From: Bacteroidota bacterium
Lineage (GTDB): Bacteria; Bacteroidota; Bacteroidia; Flavobacteriales_D; UBA2798
Direction: 5' to 3'
DNA: 64,000 nucleotides
Assembly: GCA_049322335.1 (NCBI GenBank)
Contig: JBMORL010000020.1
Span: forward strand, 58,482 to 122,481
The position numbers and the translations under genes are program-made. The first letter of the stretch is position 1, and every line of letters starts with the position of its first letter. Of this stretch, positions 7,108-15,808 are shown one piece after another. Below the pieces are notes generated by a model. That model made no database searches, was not told the origin of the DNA, and saw only the letters and a program-made list of their open reading frames with translations.

Positions 7108-9561
7108 ATGCGTTGTCTTTCTGTCATATTTTTATTTCTTTTTTCTATTTGCAGTTATTCTCAAATGGATACCAATAAAATCTGTCATGCCGTAAGAACA
7201 ACTATTTCTCCCGAGATTGACGGAGTGCTTGAACCTTCGGTGTGGAGCAAAGCCATTCCTGTGAGCGATTTTACCATGTATCGTCCCATTGAAGGCGCAA
7301 AACCCACTATGAAAACAGAAGTATCGGTTTTGTATGACGATAATGCGCTTTATGTGGGAGCGATGATGTATGATTCTCATCCGGATAGTATTCTCCATGA
7401 ACTCGGAGTAAGAGATGATGAATTAAATGCTGATCTTTTTCGTTTTGTTATAGATCCGTATAATATCCGGCAGGACGCTTTTGAATTTGCTGTTTTTGCT
7501 TCGGGCGTACAACAGGATTTTCGTTTCAGCGATTACACCTATAACGCGGTATGGGCAAGTGAAGTAAAAATAACAGAACAAGGATGGTGCGTGGAAATGA
7601 TGATTCCCTACTCTGCTTTGCGATTTCCCGAAACACCGGTTCAAAAATGGGCCATGCAGGCCACAAGAACGGTAAGAAGAACAAGAGAATTTGACCAATG
7701 GGCTTTAACGCCATCCGGAGTAGCCAACGGACTTTTTTACTGGGGAACACTGGAAGGAATGGAAAATATTAAAACTCCTGTACGGCTTTCTCTTCTTCCT
7801 TATATTTCCACTTATGCTTCACGAACGCCTGATCCGGCCGATCCGCAGAAAAGTGAAAACTCATTTACCTATAAAATAGGTGCCGATCTTCGCTACGGCC
7901 TCAGCGATCATTTTACGTTAGACATGACCCTGTTGCCTGACTTTGGGCAGGTGCAATCGGATAAAAAAGTAAAAAACATTACTTTCCAGGAAGTGATGTA
8001 TGATGAATACAGGCAATTTTTCAAAGAAGGAACCGACCTGTTCTCGAAAAACAATTTATTCTATTCACGGAGAATAGGAAAAACGCCCGCGCTATATTAT
8101 TCCGTTTCCTCTATGCTGAATGAAAACGAAAGCATTGTTTCCAATCCTTCATCAACAAGACTTATGAATGCCATTAAATTATCAGGCCGAACAGCTAACG
8201 GCCTTGGGATTGGTGTATTTAATGCTATTACCGGTGAAATGAATGCTGTTGTTAAAGACTCAACCGGTGAAGAAAGAAAAATAATGACCGAGCCGCTGAC
8301 CAATTACAATATTTTTGTGTTAGACAAACAACTGAAAAATAATTCGAGTATCTGGTTCATCAATACCAATACCCTGCGCAACGAAGAATGGAAAGATGCG
8401 AATGTAAGCGGAACAGGATTTTCAATTGCTTTATTTGAAAACAAATATGCCACTGACGGATCGCTTACTCTCAGCCAGGAATTTGAACCCAACGATACCA
8501 TTGCGGAAGAAACGGATGTTACGCTGGGATACAAATATTTTATCGGTTTCAGAAAGACCACCGGAAAAATACAATATGGTTTCAGCCGAACAGAACTTAA
8601 TGATACCTACAACCAAACCGATCTCGGCCCATTTACAGCTGTAAATTATGAAAATAACCGGGCTTACATCACACACCAGGTATTTCAACCCTGGAAAATA
8701 TTCAGAAGTATGTACAACGAGCTGAGCATTGACTACAGCCGGAATTACCTGACGAAAAAAAATACAGGTGTTTCCATCAACGGATCACTCAATCCGGTAT
8801 TTATGAGTTTTCATTCTATCTCGATAGGGGCAGGCGGAACACCGGTGATCGCTTATGATTTTAATGAACCCAGAATTCCGGGGCGGTATAATAAAACCAA
8901 ACGCTATTGGTATGTTTATTCGGGTTTTTCTTCCGATTCAAGAAAAAAATTACAGGCAGAATTATCTTTTACCATCAGTAATTTTATAGACGAATTTAAA
9001 GCAGAAGGATATACTCCATCTGCTGCATTGCGTTATCGTTTCAGTGATAAATTTACTTTGCGTTGGTCCGGTAATTATAATTACGATCCCTATAATTTTG
9101 GCGCGGCCGACTGGTACAGTATCCCCGATACCATTATTTTCGGAATAAGGAAAATGCATACGTATGAAAACTCACTCTATGGCCGTTATATTTTCACCAA
9201 CAACATGGCGCTTACATTAAATGCACGGCATTATTGGACTACGGTAGACTATCGGCACTATTTTACGCTTGAAGAAGATGGTAATGCGATAGAAAATACC
9301 AGTTACAATTACAACAATAACCTCAGCTACAATTTTGTGAGTATTGATCTTATCTATTCCTGGCAATTTGCTCCCGGAAGTATTTTTTCGGTGGGTTATA
9401 AAAACATTATTGAAAAACAAGACATGGATATTATTTACCGTTTCGGAAAAAATTTCAATGAAACGATCAGCTCTCCGCAAACCAATACGGTTTCACTAAA
9501 ACTGATCTATTATTTCGATTACCTGTATCTGAAAAGGCTGGGGAAGAAAAATGAGGCGTAA
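7108..9561 (+). CDS. CBM9-like / DUF5916-type outer-membrane-associated protein
   Basis: Signal peptide, then an N-terminal region (ISPEIDGVLEPSVWSKAIPVSDFTMYRP..LYDDNALYVGAMMYD) typical of the carbohydrate-binding family 9-like domain. A long Y/F/N/S-rich beta-strand-like C-terminal region follows. The family name is recalled, not searched. Confidence 0.55.
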   Translation: MRCLSVIFLFLFSICSYSQMDTNKICHAVRTTISPEIDGVLEPSVWSKAIPVSDFTMYRPIEGAKPTMKTEVSVLYDDNALYVGAMMYDSHPDSILHELGVRDDELNADLFRFVIDPYNIRQDAFEFAVFASGVQQDFRFSDYTYNAVWASEVKITEQGWCVEMMIPYSALRFPETPVQKWAMQATRTVRRTREFDQWALTPSGVANGLFYWGTLEGMENIKTPVRLSLLPYISTYASRTPDPADPQKSENSFTYKIGADLRYGLSDHFTLDMTLLPDFGQVQSDKKVKNITFQEVMYDEYRQFFKEGTDLFSKNNLFYSRRIGKTPALYYSVSSMLNENESIVSNPSSTRLMNAIKLSGRTANGLGIGVFNAITGEMNAVVKDSTGEERKIMTEPLTNYNIFVLDKQLKNNSSIWFINTNTLRNEEWKDANVSGTGFSIALFENKYATDGSLTLSQEFEPNDTIAEETDVTLGYKYFIGFRKTTGKIQYGFSRTELNDTYNQTDLGPFTAVNYENNRAYITHQVFQPWKIFRSMYNELSIDYSRNYLTKKNTGVSINGSLNPVFMSFHSISIGAGGTPVIAYDFNEPRIPGRYNKTKRYWYVYSGFSSDSRKKLQAELSFTISNFIDEFKAEGYTPSAALRYRFSDKFTLRWSGNYNYDPYNFGAADWYSIPDTIIFGIRKMHTYENSLYGRYIFTNNMALTLNARHYWTTVDYRHYFTLEEDGNAIENTSYNYNNNLSYNFVSIDLIYSWQFAPGSIFSVGYKNIIEKQDMDIIYRFGKNFNETISSPQTNTVSLKLIYYFDYLYLKRLGKKNEA

Positions 9562-9587
9562 TAGCAATTCCATTTTACTAACAGGAA

Positions 9588-10964
9588 TTATTCTTTTACC
9601 AATACTATCTTATTGCAATACCCATTTCCGGAAACAACCGCAACATAAGCTCCGGATAAATAATTTTTTCCAAATGATTTTTTTCCTGAAGGAATAGTTT
9701 CAATTAACTTTCCGGTTATATCATAAACAAAAACAGATATATTTTCTTTTGTCTCAATAAAAAATTCTTCCCCGGAAGGATTGGGGAAAATTTTCAACAT
9801 TACGCTTTCAGTTTTCTCTTCCGCCCCTGTTGGCCCGGAACAAACAATATTAGCGGATAAAAAATTCTGCGGAAACGAAGGGAGGCTTAATGCCCCATTA
9901 TATCCCATAAAATTCGGATCAAGGTCAATGGCATTATCGGCATAATTGCACGCAAATCCCGGTGAATCGGGAGCGCCTATCACACCCACATAAGAACTGA
10001 CGAACGATCGCGAAACATATATTTTTTTATCGGGACCGATTTGTAATCCATACAAGTCGGAAGTAATGCTTAACGGAACTTTAGAAGCCAGTATGGTAGA
10101 CTGAATACCGGATGTAATATTAAACTGGGCAAGTGTAACCGTAACATCATAACCTGTTGTATAAAGAAATTCTGAAGAAGGAGAAAATTCCACGCCATAT
10201 ACATTGTCTCCATGTAACAACGTAATGGGAGTAGACACCATTCCTGTATTCAGGTCGAAATCGAACAACTCTACTGTTTTCTGGTAACCGATAGCCACAG
10301 CTATTTTATCCCCGCACATATTGAATTTCATTTGTCCATAGCAATTCTGAAACGTAGTAGTGCTATGAACAGTTCCGGCCATTGAAACAACCGGTGGCTG
10401 AAGTCCGGAAGACGTTAGAAGATAAGCATAAAATTCATTACTGCCCCATTTGTGGGTAACGATCCAATACTGGTTATTGCCACGGTCTTTGATCGCACAT
10501 ATTTTTTCTGTTACGCTGTCGGTGAGAAGAATATTTTTTGCCCCGGTAACATCGCCCTGTCCGCCATTGAGCACCATATCCACGATAGAATAGCGAAAAC
10601 CATTGGCGCCACCGTCTGCCGCTGCCGTAAACACATAATATTGCATGGCGTTGGCCGGGTTGGGAACAATCAATGCCGACTGTGTAGTGGAAACATCTCC
10701 CATCAGTCCGCTGCCATTAGGCATTATTGTGTGTGTACTGTCGTATATGTCAACACCGTTAGTATAAAAAAGAAGTTGGCCGGATGCGGTGGAAACAGAA
10801 GCGGTGCCTTCTGTGGTAGTCATCGGGCCATTGACGGCAACGGGCGCCCCTCCCGAAAAATCGAGGCCGGCATAGGTACCGAAATACCAGTGATTCGCTT
10901 CATTCTGCGCCCCAAGGTACCCACCTAAAACGATCCCTGGTAAAAGAAAAAATATTTTTTTCAT
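9588..10964 (-). CDS. T9SS type A sorting-domain protein (beta-propeller-like cargo)
   Basis: Track ORF 9588..11018. The ATG at 10964 gives the signal peptide MKKIFFLLPGIVLGGYLGAQ. The C-terminal Por_Secre_tail pattern is KIFPNPSGEEFFIETKENISVFVYDITGKLIETI. Confidence 0.8.
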   Translation of the reverse strand: MKKIFFLLPGIVLGGYLGAQNEANHWYFGTYAGLDFSGGAPVAVNGPMTTTEGTASVSTASGQLLFYTNGVDIYDSTHTIMPNGSGLMGDVSTTQSALIVPNPANAMQYYVFTAAADGGANGFRYSIVDMVLNGGQGDVTGAKNILLTDSVTEKICAIKDRGNNQYWIVTHKWGSNEFYAYLLTSSGLQPPVVSMAGTVHSTTTFQNCYGQMKFNMCGDKIAVAIGYQKTVELFDFDLNTGMVSTPITLLHGDNVYGVEFSPSSEFLYTTGYDVTVTLAQFNITSGIQSTILASKVPLSITSDLYGLQIGPDKKIYVSRSFVSSYVGVIGAPDSPGFACNYADNAIDLDPNFMGYNGALSLPSFPQNFLSANIVCSGPTGAEEKTESVMLKIFPNPSGEEFFIETKENISVFVYDITGKLIETIPSGKKSFGKNYLSGAYVAVVSGNGYCNKIVLVKE

Positions 10965-11088
10965 AGCCGTGTTTTTCGTGATGATCAAATTTAACGATTT
11001 CCCGGTTGACATTAACAAGGTATCCGGTTTTTAACACATAATTCGTGCTGAGAGGTTTATAAACGTATATTTCCTGCTATATTTATAC

Positions 11089-11988
11089 ATGCAATTCGGA
11101 AAAGTCGATACCAAAACATTATCCAAAACAGATCTTTCGTTGCCGGCAGATAAAAAACAAACCTCAGCGGTACTATCTTCTTCCGGGAAAAATGAAACGG
11201 AATTTTTTGTCGGTTGTGCCAAATGGGGCCGTCCGGATTGGGTGGGAAAAATCTACCCAAGGGGAACCAAAGCCGGTGATTTCCTGGATGCGTATGCACG
11301 GCAATTCAACTGTATTGAGTTCAATGCGATTTATTACCGGCTTCCCACCAAACAGGAAGTGCAGAAATGGAAGAAGAAAGCGGGAAGTAATTTTAAGTTC
11401 TGCCCAAAATTTACGGATGTGATCACGCATGTAAAGCGGTTAAAAAATGCATCGGTTGAAGTGGATGCGTTTCTTGAAATACTATATGAATTCGGTGACC
11501 AGCTGGGTCCTGTATTTTTAATGCCACATCCGCAGATGGGTGCCAAACATGCAGAAACCATTTTACAATTTCTGGATGCATTGCCAAAAGACATAGATGT
11601 GTTTACGGAGTTTCGCCATGAAGAATGGTATACAAAACCACATTTCGAAACCATGTTTACCGACCTGGAAAAAAGAAAACAGGGAGTGGTGATTACCGAT
11701 GCAGCCGGAAGAAGGGATTGTGTGCACATGCGCTTAACTACTCCCGAAGCTTTTATCAGGTTTGTAGGAAACAGTCTGCATAAAACTGATTATATCCGTA
11801 TTGACGAATGGGTAACGCGCATTGCAAAATGGAAAAAACAGGGATTGAAAAAATGTTATTTCTTCATGCACCAGCATGAGGAATTGTATTCTCCTGAATT
11901 ATGTAAATATCTCATTGAGCAACTCAACAAAAAATGCGGGGCCGGTATTAAAGTTCCACAATTTGTAAATGATGGTAAACTATTCTGA
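11089..11988 (+). CDS. DUF72 (YecE-like) domain protein
   Basis: VGCAKWGRPDWVGKIYP..FLDAYARQFNCIEFNAIYYRLP matches the DUF72 N-terminal signature, and the length (~300 aa) is typical. Confidence 0.8.
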   Translation: MQFGKVDTKTLSKTDLSLPADKKQTSAVLSSSGKNETEFFVGCAKWGRPDWVGKIYPRGTKAGDFLDAYARQFNCIEFNAIYYRLPTKQEVQKWKKKAGSNFKFCPKFTDVITHVKRLKNASVEVDAFLEILYEFGDQLGPVFLMPHPQMGAKHAETILQFLDALPKDIDVFTEFRHEEWYTKPHFETMFTDLEKRKQGVVITDAAGRRDCVHMRLTTPEAFIRFVGNSLHKTDYIRIDEWVTRIAKWKKQGLKKCYFFMHQHEELYSPELCKYLIEQLNKKCGAGIKVPQFVNDGKLF

Positions 11989-11992
11989 TGGT

Positions 11993-12937
11993 ATGCGAAC
12001 ATTACTGAATATCTTTCTTGTTTTTTCTCCGGTTGTCGTTCATGCGCAGTTATGGGCGGAGGTAATCCCTGCCAATGATTGGGAAAAATACGGATGGAAA
12101 GGAAAGGTATATACGGTTAAAGAAGTGAAATATCATGCTGTTGAAAAAAATGGAAAAGTGTTGCCGGGAAAAAGAGCTGTAACCAATATGCATGATGAAA
12201 TGGATACGGGGATGGAATTTGACAAAACAGGAAAGCTGGTAAAAGAAACTTCATTTTATTTTGAAAAGAAAGAAATTGCCTGGTCGCATTACATTTATAA
12301 GTATGACGGGCATAACAGAATAATTTCCACGGAGGCTGTTTATAGTAATCGTTCCACGGGTAAAACCCTTGTTACAAGGAACGATGATTCACTAACTGAG
12401 ACCAGTGTTTCGTACGAAAGTGATCCTTCCAAACCCTATCATACTTGCGTTACAAAATATGATTCAGCCCTCCGAATGACGGGGATAAGACATTATTCAG
12501 ATGAGGGAAAACTCACCCACGAATGGATTTACCGCTATGATATCAAAGGCAGAAAAACTCATGAGTTATCACACAACCCGGAAAAACCAATAAGTGGATT
12601 CATCTTTGAATATGACGATGTCCATTTAAAAAAAACAATCTTTCAGTATCGCGACACTTCAAAAACTGCATACTCCCATACTGTGGAATATTATTCGCAG
12701 GATGGATTATTACTAACTGATACTACTTACGGCTCTTCCGGTTTTGTTTCGGTGGATCAATATACCTACGATAGCCTGAAAAACCTCACTGAAACCAAAA
12801 TATACTGGGATGGAGAATTAAAATTCCACACCCGATACAATCTTACATACGACAAAAATAAAAACGTGACAAAAATGATTGTTTACCGTTTTGAACATCC
12901 GGAATATGTTATTCAACGAGACATTCGTTATTTCTGA
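11993..12937 (+). CDS. Secreted protein with degenerate YD-like repeats (hypothetical)
   Basis: The ATG at 11993 gives signal peptide MRTLLNIFLVFSPVVVHAQ. Motifs recur: YIYKYDGHNRIIS, WIYRYDIKGRKTHE, FIFEYDDVHLKKT, YTYDSLKNLTET, LTYDKNKNVTKM. Confidence 0.55.
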   Translation: MRTLLNIFLVFSPVVVHAQLWAEVIPANDWEKYGWKGKVYTVKEVKYHAVEKNGKVLPGKRAVTNMHDEMDTGMEFDKTGKLVKETSFYFEKKEIAWSHYIYKYDGHNRIISTEAVYSNRSTGKTLVTRNDDSLTETSVSYESDPSKPYHTCVTKYDSALRMTGIRHYSDEGKLTHEWIYRYDIKGRKTHELSHNPEKPISGFIFEYDDVHLKKTIFQYRDTSKTAYSHTVEYYSQDGLLLTDTTYGSSGFVSVDQYTYDSLKNLTETKIYWDGELKFHTRYNLTYDKNKNVTKMIVYRFEHPEYVIQRDIRYF

Positions 12938-13156
12938 TCCTAATACTTGTTCAGGCTTCTCTCAGTTTTTTTTGAAAGAATTAACCTTCGTTAATAACAG
13001 CACCGGTTTTACTGTTTTGTTATCCCACTTTTACTAAACTATATTTAATTGATTATCAGATTATTAATCGTTTTCACGTTTTATAAATTTGCATTTTTCG
13101 CAAAAACTCCATCTGTTACTCTATCCTTTTCCGCGATTTTTACTTCATTCAAATAG

Positions 13157-13190
13157 TATGCGTGCATAACTCAATTAGTATGCGCGCATA
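13157..13190. promoter_or_regulatory. Two tandem 12-bp palindromes (candidate operator pair)
   Basis: TATGCGTGCATA (13157-13168) and the perfect palindrome TATGCGCGCATA (13179-13190) lie 22 bp apart, centre to centre. They sit between a TAaaTTTG box (13084-13091) and the ATG at 13227. Confidence 0.35.
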
Positions 13191-13226
13191 ACATATATGA
13201 CCTTTGGTTCATCAAAACAATGAGCC

Positions 13227-14120
13227 ATGAAAAAAATGATTACTCTTCTGCTTCTTACCTTCCTTACACTGGCAGGTAAAACCAACAACACCAATTCAGA
13301 TACTGCCTGCGTAAGTGAACCGGTGGTTAAAGATTCGGTAAATCTTTTTTTATTAAGAGGCCTTACCCGCGAATCGGGGCATTGGGGGCCACAGTTTATT
13401 AACGAAATAAAAAAACAGATCCCGCAGGCAAGAATATATATGCTCGATCTTCCCGGTTCGGGAAAGTATGTGAACGAAAAAGCATCATTCAATATCAGTG
13501 ATATGGTGGAATTTATGAGAAATGATGTAAAAAGTATTATTGAAAAGAAAAATGGTGATAATATTATTTGCGCTACTTCACTGGGCGGTATGCTGGCCTG
13601 CGAATGGGTATTAAATTATAAAAACGATTTCCAGGGAATGGTGATTATTAATTCCAGCTTTAAAAAAATATGCAAACTCAACGAGAGGGTTCAATGGGGT
13701 GTAAGAAAAGATATGTTGAAAGTAATGCTGGCAAAAACCACCGAGGAACGGGAAAAATTACTTGTAAAGATCAACAGCAATCATCCTGAAAATTATGATT
13801 CAGTGGCCTGTGAATGGATCGATATTCAGAATGAAAGAAAAATGTCGAAAATAAACATCTTCAAACAAACGGTAGCGGGAATGCGTTACAGCACAAAAGG
13901 TAAAAAACCTGAAGTACCTCTTCTGATCATTGGTTCAAAAGGCGACCGCATGGTATGCACCGAGTGTGTGGAAAAAACCCAGGATGCTTTTGGCGGAACA
14001 CTTGTTTGGCATCCCGATGCAGGTCACGGTTTGCCCATTGACGATCCGAAATGGCTGAGTGAGCAAATTGCAGATTGGTATACTACTATTTACCCGGAGG
14101 AGATTTTGGCGAGGAATTGA
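13227..14120 (+). CDS. Alpha/beta hydrolase (secreted)
   Basis: Signal peptide, nucleophile elbow in CATSLGGMLA (GxSxG-like), and a C-terminal HPDAGHGLP histidine region. Confidence 0.75.
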   Translation: MKKMITLLLLTFLTLAGKTNNTNSDTACVSEPVVKDSVNLFLLRGLTRESGHWGPQFINEIKKQIPQARIYMLDLPGSGKYVNEKASFNISDMVEFMRNDVKSIIEKKNGDNIICATSLGGMLACEWVLNYKNDFQGMVIINSSFKKICKLNERVQWGVRKDMLKVMLAKTTEEREKLLVKINSNHPENYDSVACEWIDIQNERKMSKINIFKQTVAGMRYSTKGKKPEVPLLIIGSKGDRMVCTECVEKTQDAFGGTLVWHPDAGHGLPIDDPKWLSEQIADWYTTIYPEEILARN

Positions 14121-14138
14121 TCTATTGAGAAAATAATA

Positions 14139-14375
14139 CGTGCCACTCGCGGGTCACCCTAACAGATTTTTACTTAATCTACGATCTATGAAAATAAAAT
14201 TACTGAGGAAATACTCAGGATTTACTTCATTTACAGAAGTACGGGCGACTCGCGAGTTACCCTAACAGATTTTTACTTAATCTACGATCTGCGAAAATAA
14301 AATTACTGAGGAAATACTCAGGATTTACTTCATTTACAGAAGTACGGGCGACTCGCGAGTCGCCCCCAAAAGATC
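14139..14375. repeat. Tandem ~103-bp units (2.3 copies), each carrying a REP-type palindrome
   Basis: Palindrome copies lie at 14140-14159 (degenerate), 14243-14262 (GGGCGACTCGCGAGTTACCC) and 14346-14365 (perfect GGGCGACTCGCGAGTCGCCC). Spacing is 103 bp. The rest of the unit (AACAGATTTTTACTTAATCTACGATCT..AAAATAAAATTACTGAGGAAATACTCAGGATTTACTTCATTTACAGAAGTAC) is nearly identical between copies. Confidence 0.85.
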
Positions 14376-15170
14376 CTGACTAAAATTTTTAGCTTTTTTA
14401 AAAAACCATTGGAATTTAAATTAGCATCAATATTTTTGCCGAAAAATAAAATGCGAAGACATAATTCATATCGGAAAAAGGGATTCGATTATTCAAACAG
14501 CGCATATTATTTTGTGACTTGCGTAACGAAAAACAGAGATAGGTGCTTTGGCAAAATTAAAAACAGAAGAATTATTCTGTCTAAAAACGGAAAACTTGTT
14601 AAAAAACAATGGCATTGGCTTGAAAAACAATACCCATATATTAAATCCCACGCTTTTATTGTAATGCCAGATCATATTCATGGTATTTTGGAAATAGAAC
14701 GAACAAAAAAGATAACAAAAATAAGAAATTATGAGAAATCTGAAATTTCAGAATATGAATTTCTATATACACTTCAACCACATTTAAAAATAAAATCCCT
14801 TTCAGAACTAATCGGAGCATTTAAAACTACTTCGTCTAAAATAATTCATCTTGAGGGGTATAAAGATTTTGGATGGCAGCGCTCCTTTCATGACCACATA
14901 ATACGAAATCCAACATCATATAAGCTAATAAAAACATATATATGGACAAATCCATTTCGATGGAAAAATTAAGGAACTCGCGAACTGCCCTGACAGATTG
15001 AATAAAAATATTTTTCTTTCTACTTTAAAAACACAAAATCTTAAACTAAATACTGGCTCATTTTTCTTACCAAGAACACCCAACTGATTCTTCAAAAAAA
15101 ATCTACTTTTTTCAAAAAATAAATCTGGTTTACTTCATTTACAGAAGTACGGGCGACTCGCGAGTCGCCC
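14346..15170 (+). mobile_element. RAYT gene bracketed by REP palindromes (REPtron-like locus)
   Basis: The perfect 20-bp palindrome GGGCGACTCGCGAGTCGCCC occurs at 14346-14365 and 15151-15170. A degenerate copy (GGAACTCGCGAACTGCCC) at ~14971-14990 overlaps the RAYT stop. Confidence 0.7.
14451..14972 (+). CDS. REP-associated tyrosine transposase (RAYT, IS200/IS605 TnpA-like)
   Basis: Track ORF 14409..14972 starts at TTG; the ATG is at 14451 (MRRHNSY). It has the HUH motif in MPDHIHGILE, the WQRSFHDHIIRN block, and C-terminal Tyr candidates in SYKLIKTYIWTNP. This parallels E. coli RAYT (PEHMHCIW, WQPRFWEHAIRN, DYIYINP; from memory). Confidence 0.8.
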   Translation: MRRHNSYRKKGFDYSNSAYYFVTCVTKNRDRCFGKIKNRRIILSKNGKLVKKQWHWLEKQYPYIKSHAFIVMPDHIHGILEIERTKKITKIRNYEKSEISEYEFLYTLQPHLKIKSLSELIGAFKTTSSKIIHLEGYKDFGWQRSFHDHIIRNPTSYKLIKTYIWTNPFRWKN

Positions 15171-15225
15171 CCAACAGATTTTTACTTAATCTACGATCTG
15201 TGAAAATAAAATTACTGAGGAAATA
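15126..15225. repeat. Fourth copy of the 103-bp REP unit, overlapping the 3' end of CDS 15212..15787
   Basis: TTTACTTCATTTACAGAAGTACGGGCGACTCGCGAGTCGCCCCCAACAGATTTTTACTTAATCTACGATCTGTGAAAATAAAATTACTGAGGAAATA matches the units at 14139-14375. Similarity ends at 15225, inside the last 4 codons of the minus-strand CDS. Confidence 0.8.
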
Positions 15226-15787
15226 AATCCGCAAACATATTCTTCAGATTTTCTGCACTCATTTCTGTCAGATCAATGCTTTCGTTCTTTGAAGTGCCCA
15301 GCGTGATATTTTTATACCCGAACAAAGCGTCTTTTTTATCCTTGCTGATATAAAATGCAACGAGCGTAGCCTGTTGTCCTGCAGGGACTCCGTCAAACAA
15401 AAAATTTCCTTTGGCGTCATATTGATAGGCGGGCATAACAGAACGGATATCTGTAAACACAAGACGGTAACAAATCGTTTCTTTTCGGTTACAATTTACC
15501 AGCAGTTCGGTTTTCTGTTCGATATTGTAAAACCGGTCGCAGTTGATCCATCCGAGATTACCCGTTGTGAGCAAATTGCCGTCTGTCATCTGGTAAATAT
15601 CTTTATCGTAATAATAAGCGTAAAGATTTTGCAGGCTGTCGTATGCGATTTCTTCTGGAGTACGTTTCCGGTCAACATAATTTCCTTCACCATCCAAATA
15701 CATTCCCTCTGTTTCTGAAAAATAAGCCTCTTCGGGTTCGATAATTTCTGTTTGCAAAGGCTCCTCTTCTGCCTTTGTAAAAGTCAC
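15212..15787 (-). CDS. Hypothetical protein (possibly the C-terminal half of a split gene)
   Basis: GTG-initiated ORF of 191 aa, in the same frame as 15809..16651 and separated from it by one TAG plus 7 codons. An AGGAGG-like motif precedes the GTG. Confidence 0.45.
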   Translation of the reverse strand: MTFTKAEEEPLQTEIIEPEEAYFSETEGMYLDGEGNYVDRKRTPEEIAYDSLQNLYAYYYDKDIYQMTDGNLLTTGNLGWINCDRFYNIEQKTELLVNCNRKETICYRLVFTDIRSVMPAYQYDAKGNFLFDGVPAGQQATLVAFYISKDKKDALFGYKNITLGTSKNESIDLTEMSAENLKNMFADLFPQ

Positions 15788-15808
15788 ATCTCCTCCTTTT
15801 TGTAAAAG

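Noticed and set aside
10452-10928. 158-aa plus-strand ORF.
   Set aside because: It lies entirely antisense within the T9SS cargo gene 9588..10964, which has a signal peptide and sorting domain.
14139-14375. Possible CRISPR array, because of regularly spaced palindromic repeats.
   Set aside because: The whole 103-bp unit is repeated, so there are no unique spacers. Only 2.3 copies are present and there are no cas genes. The palindrome matches REP logic and lies next to a RAYT gene.
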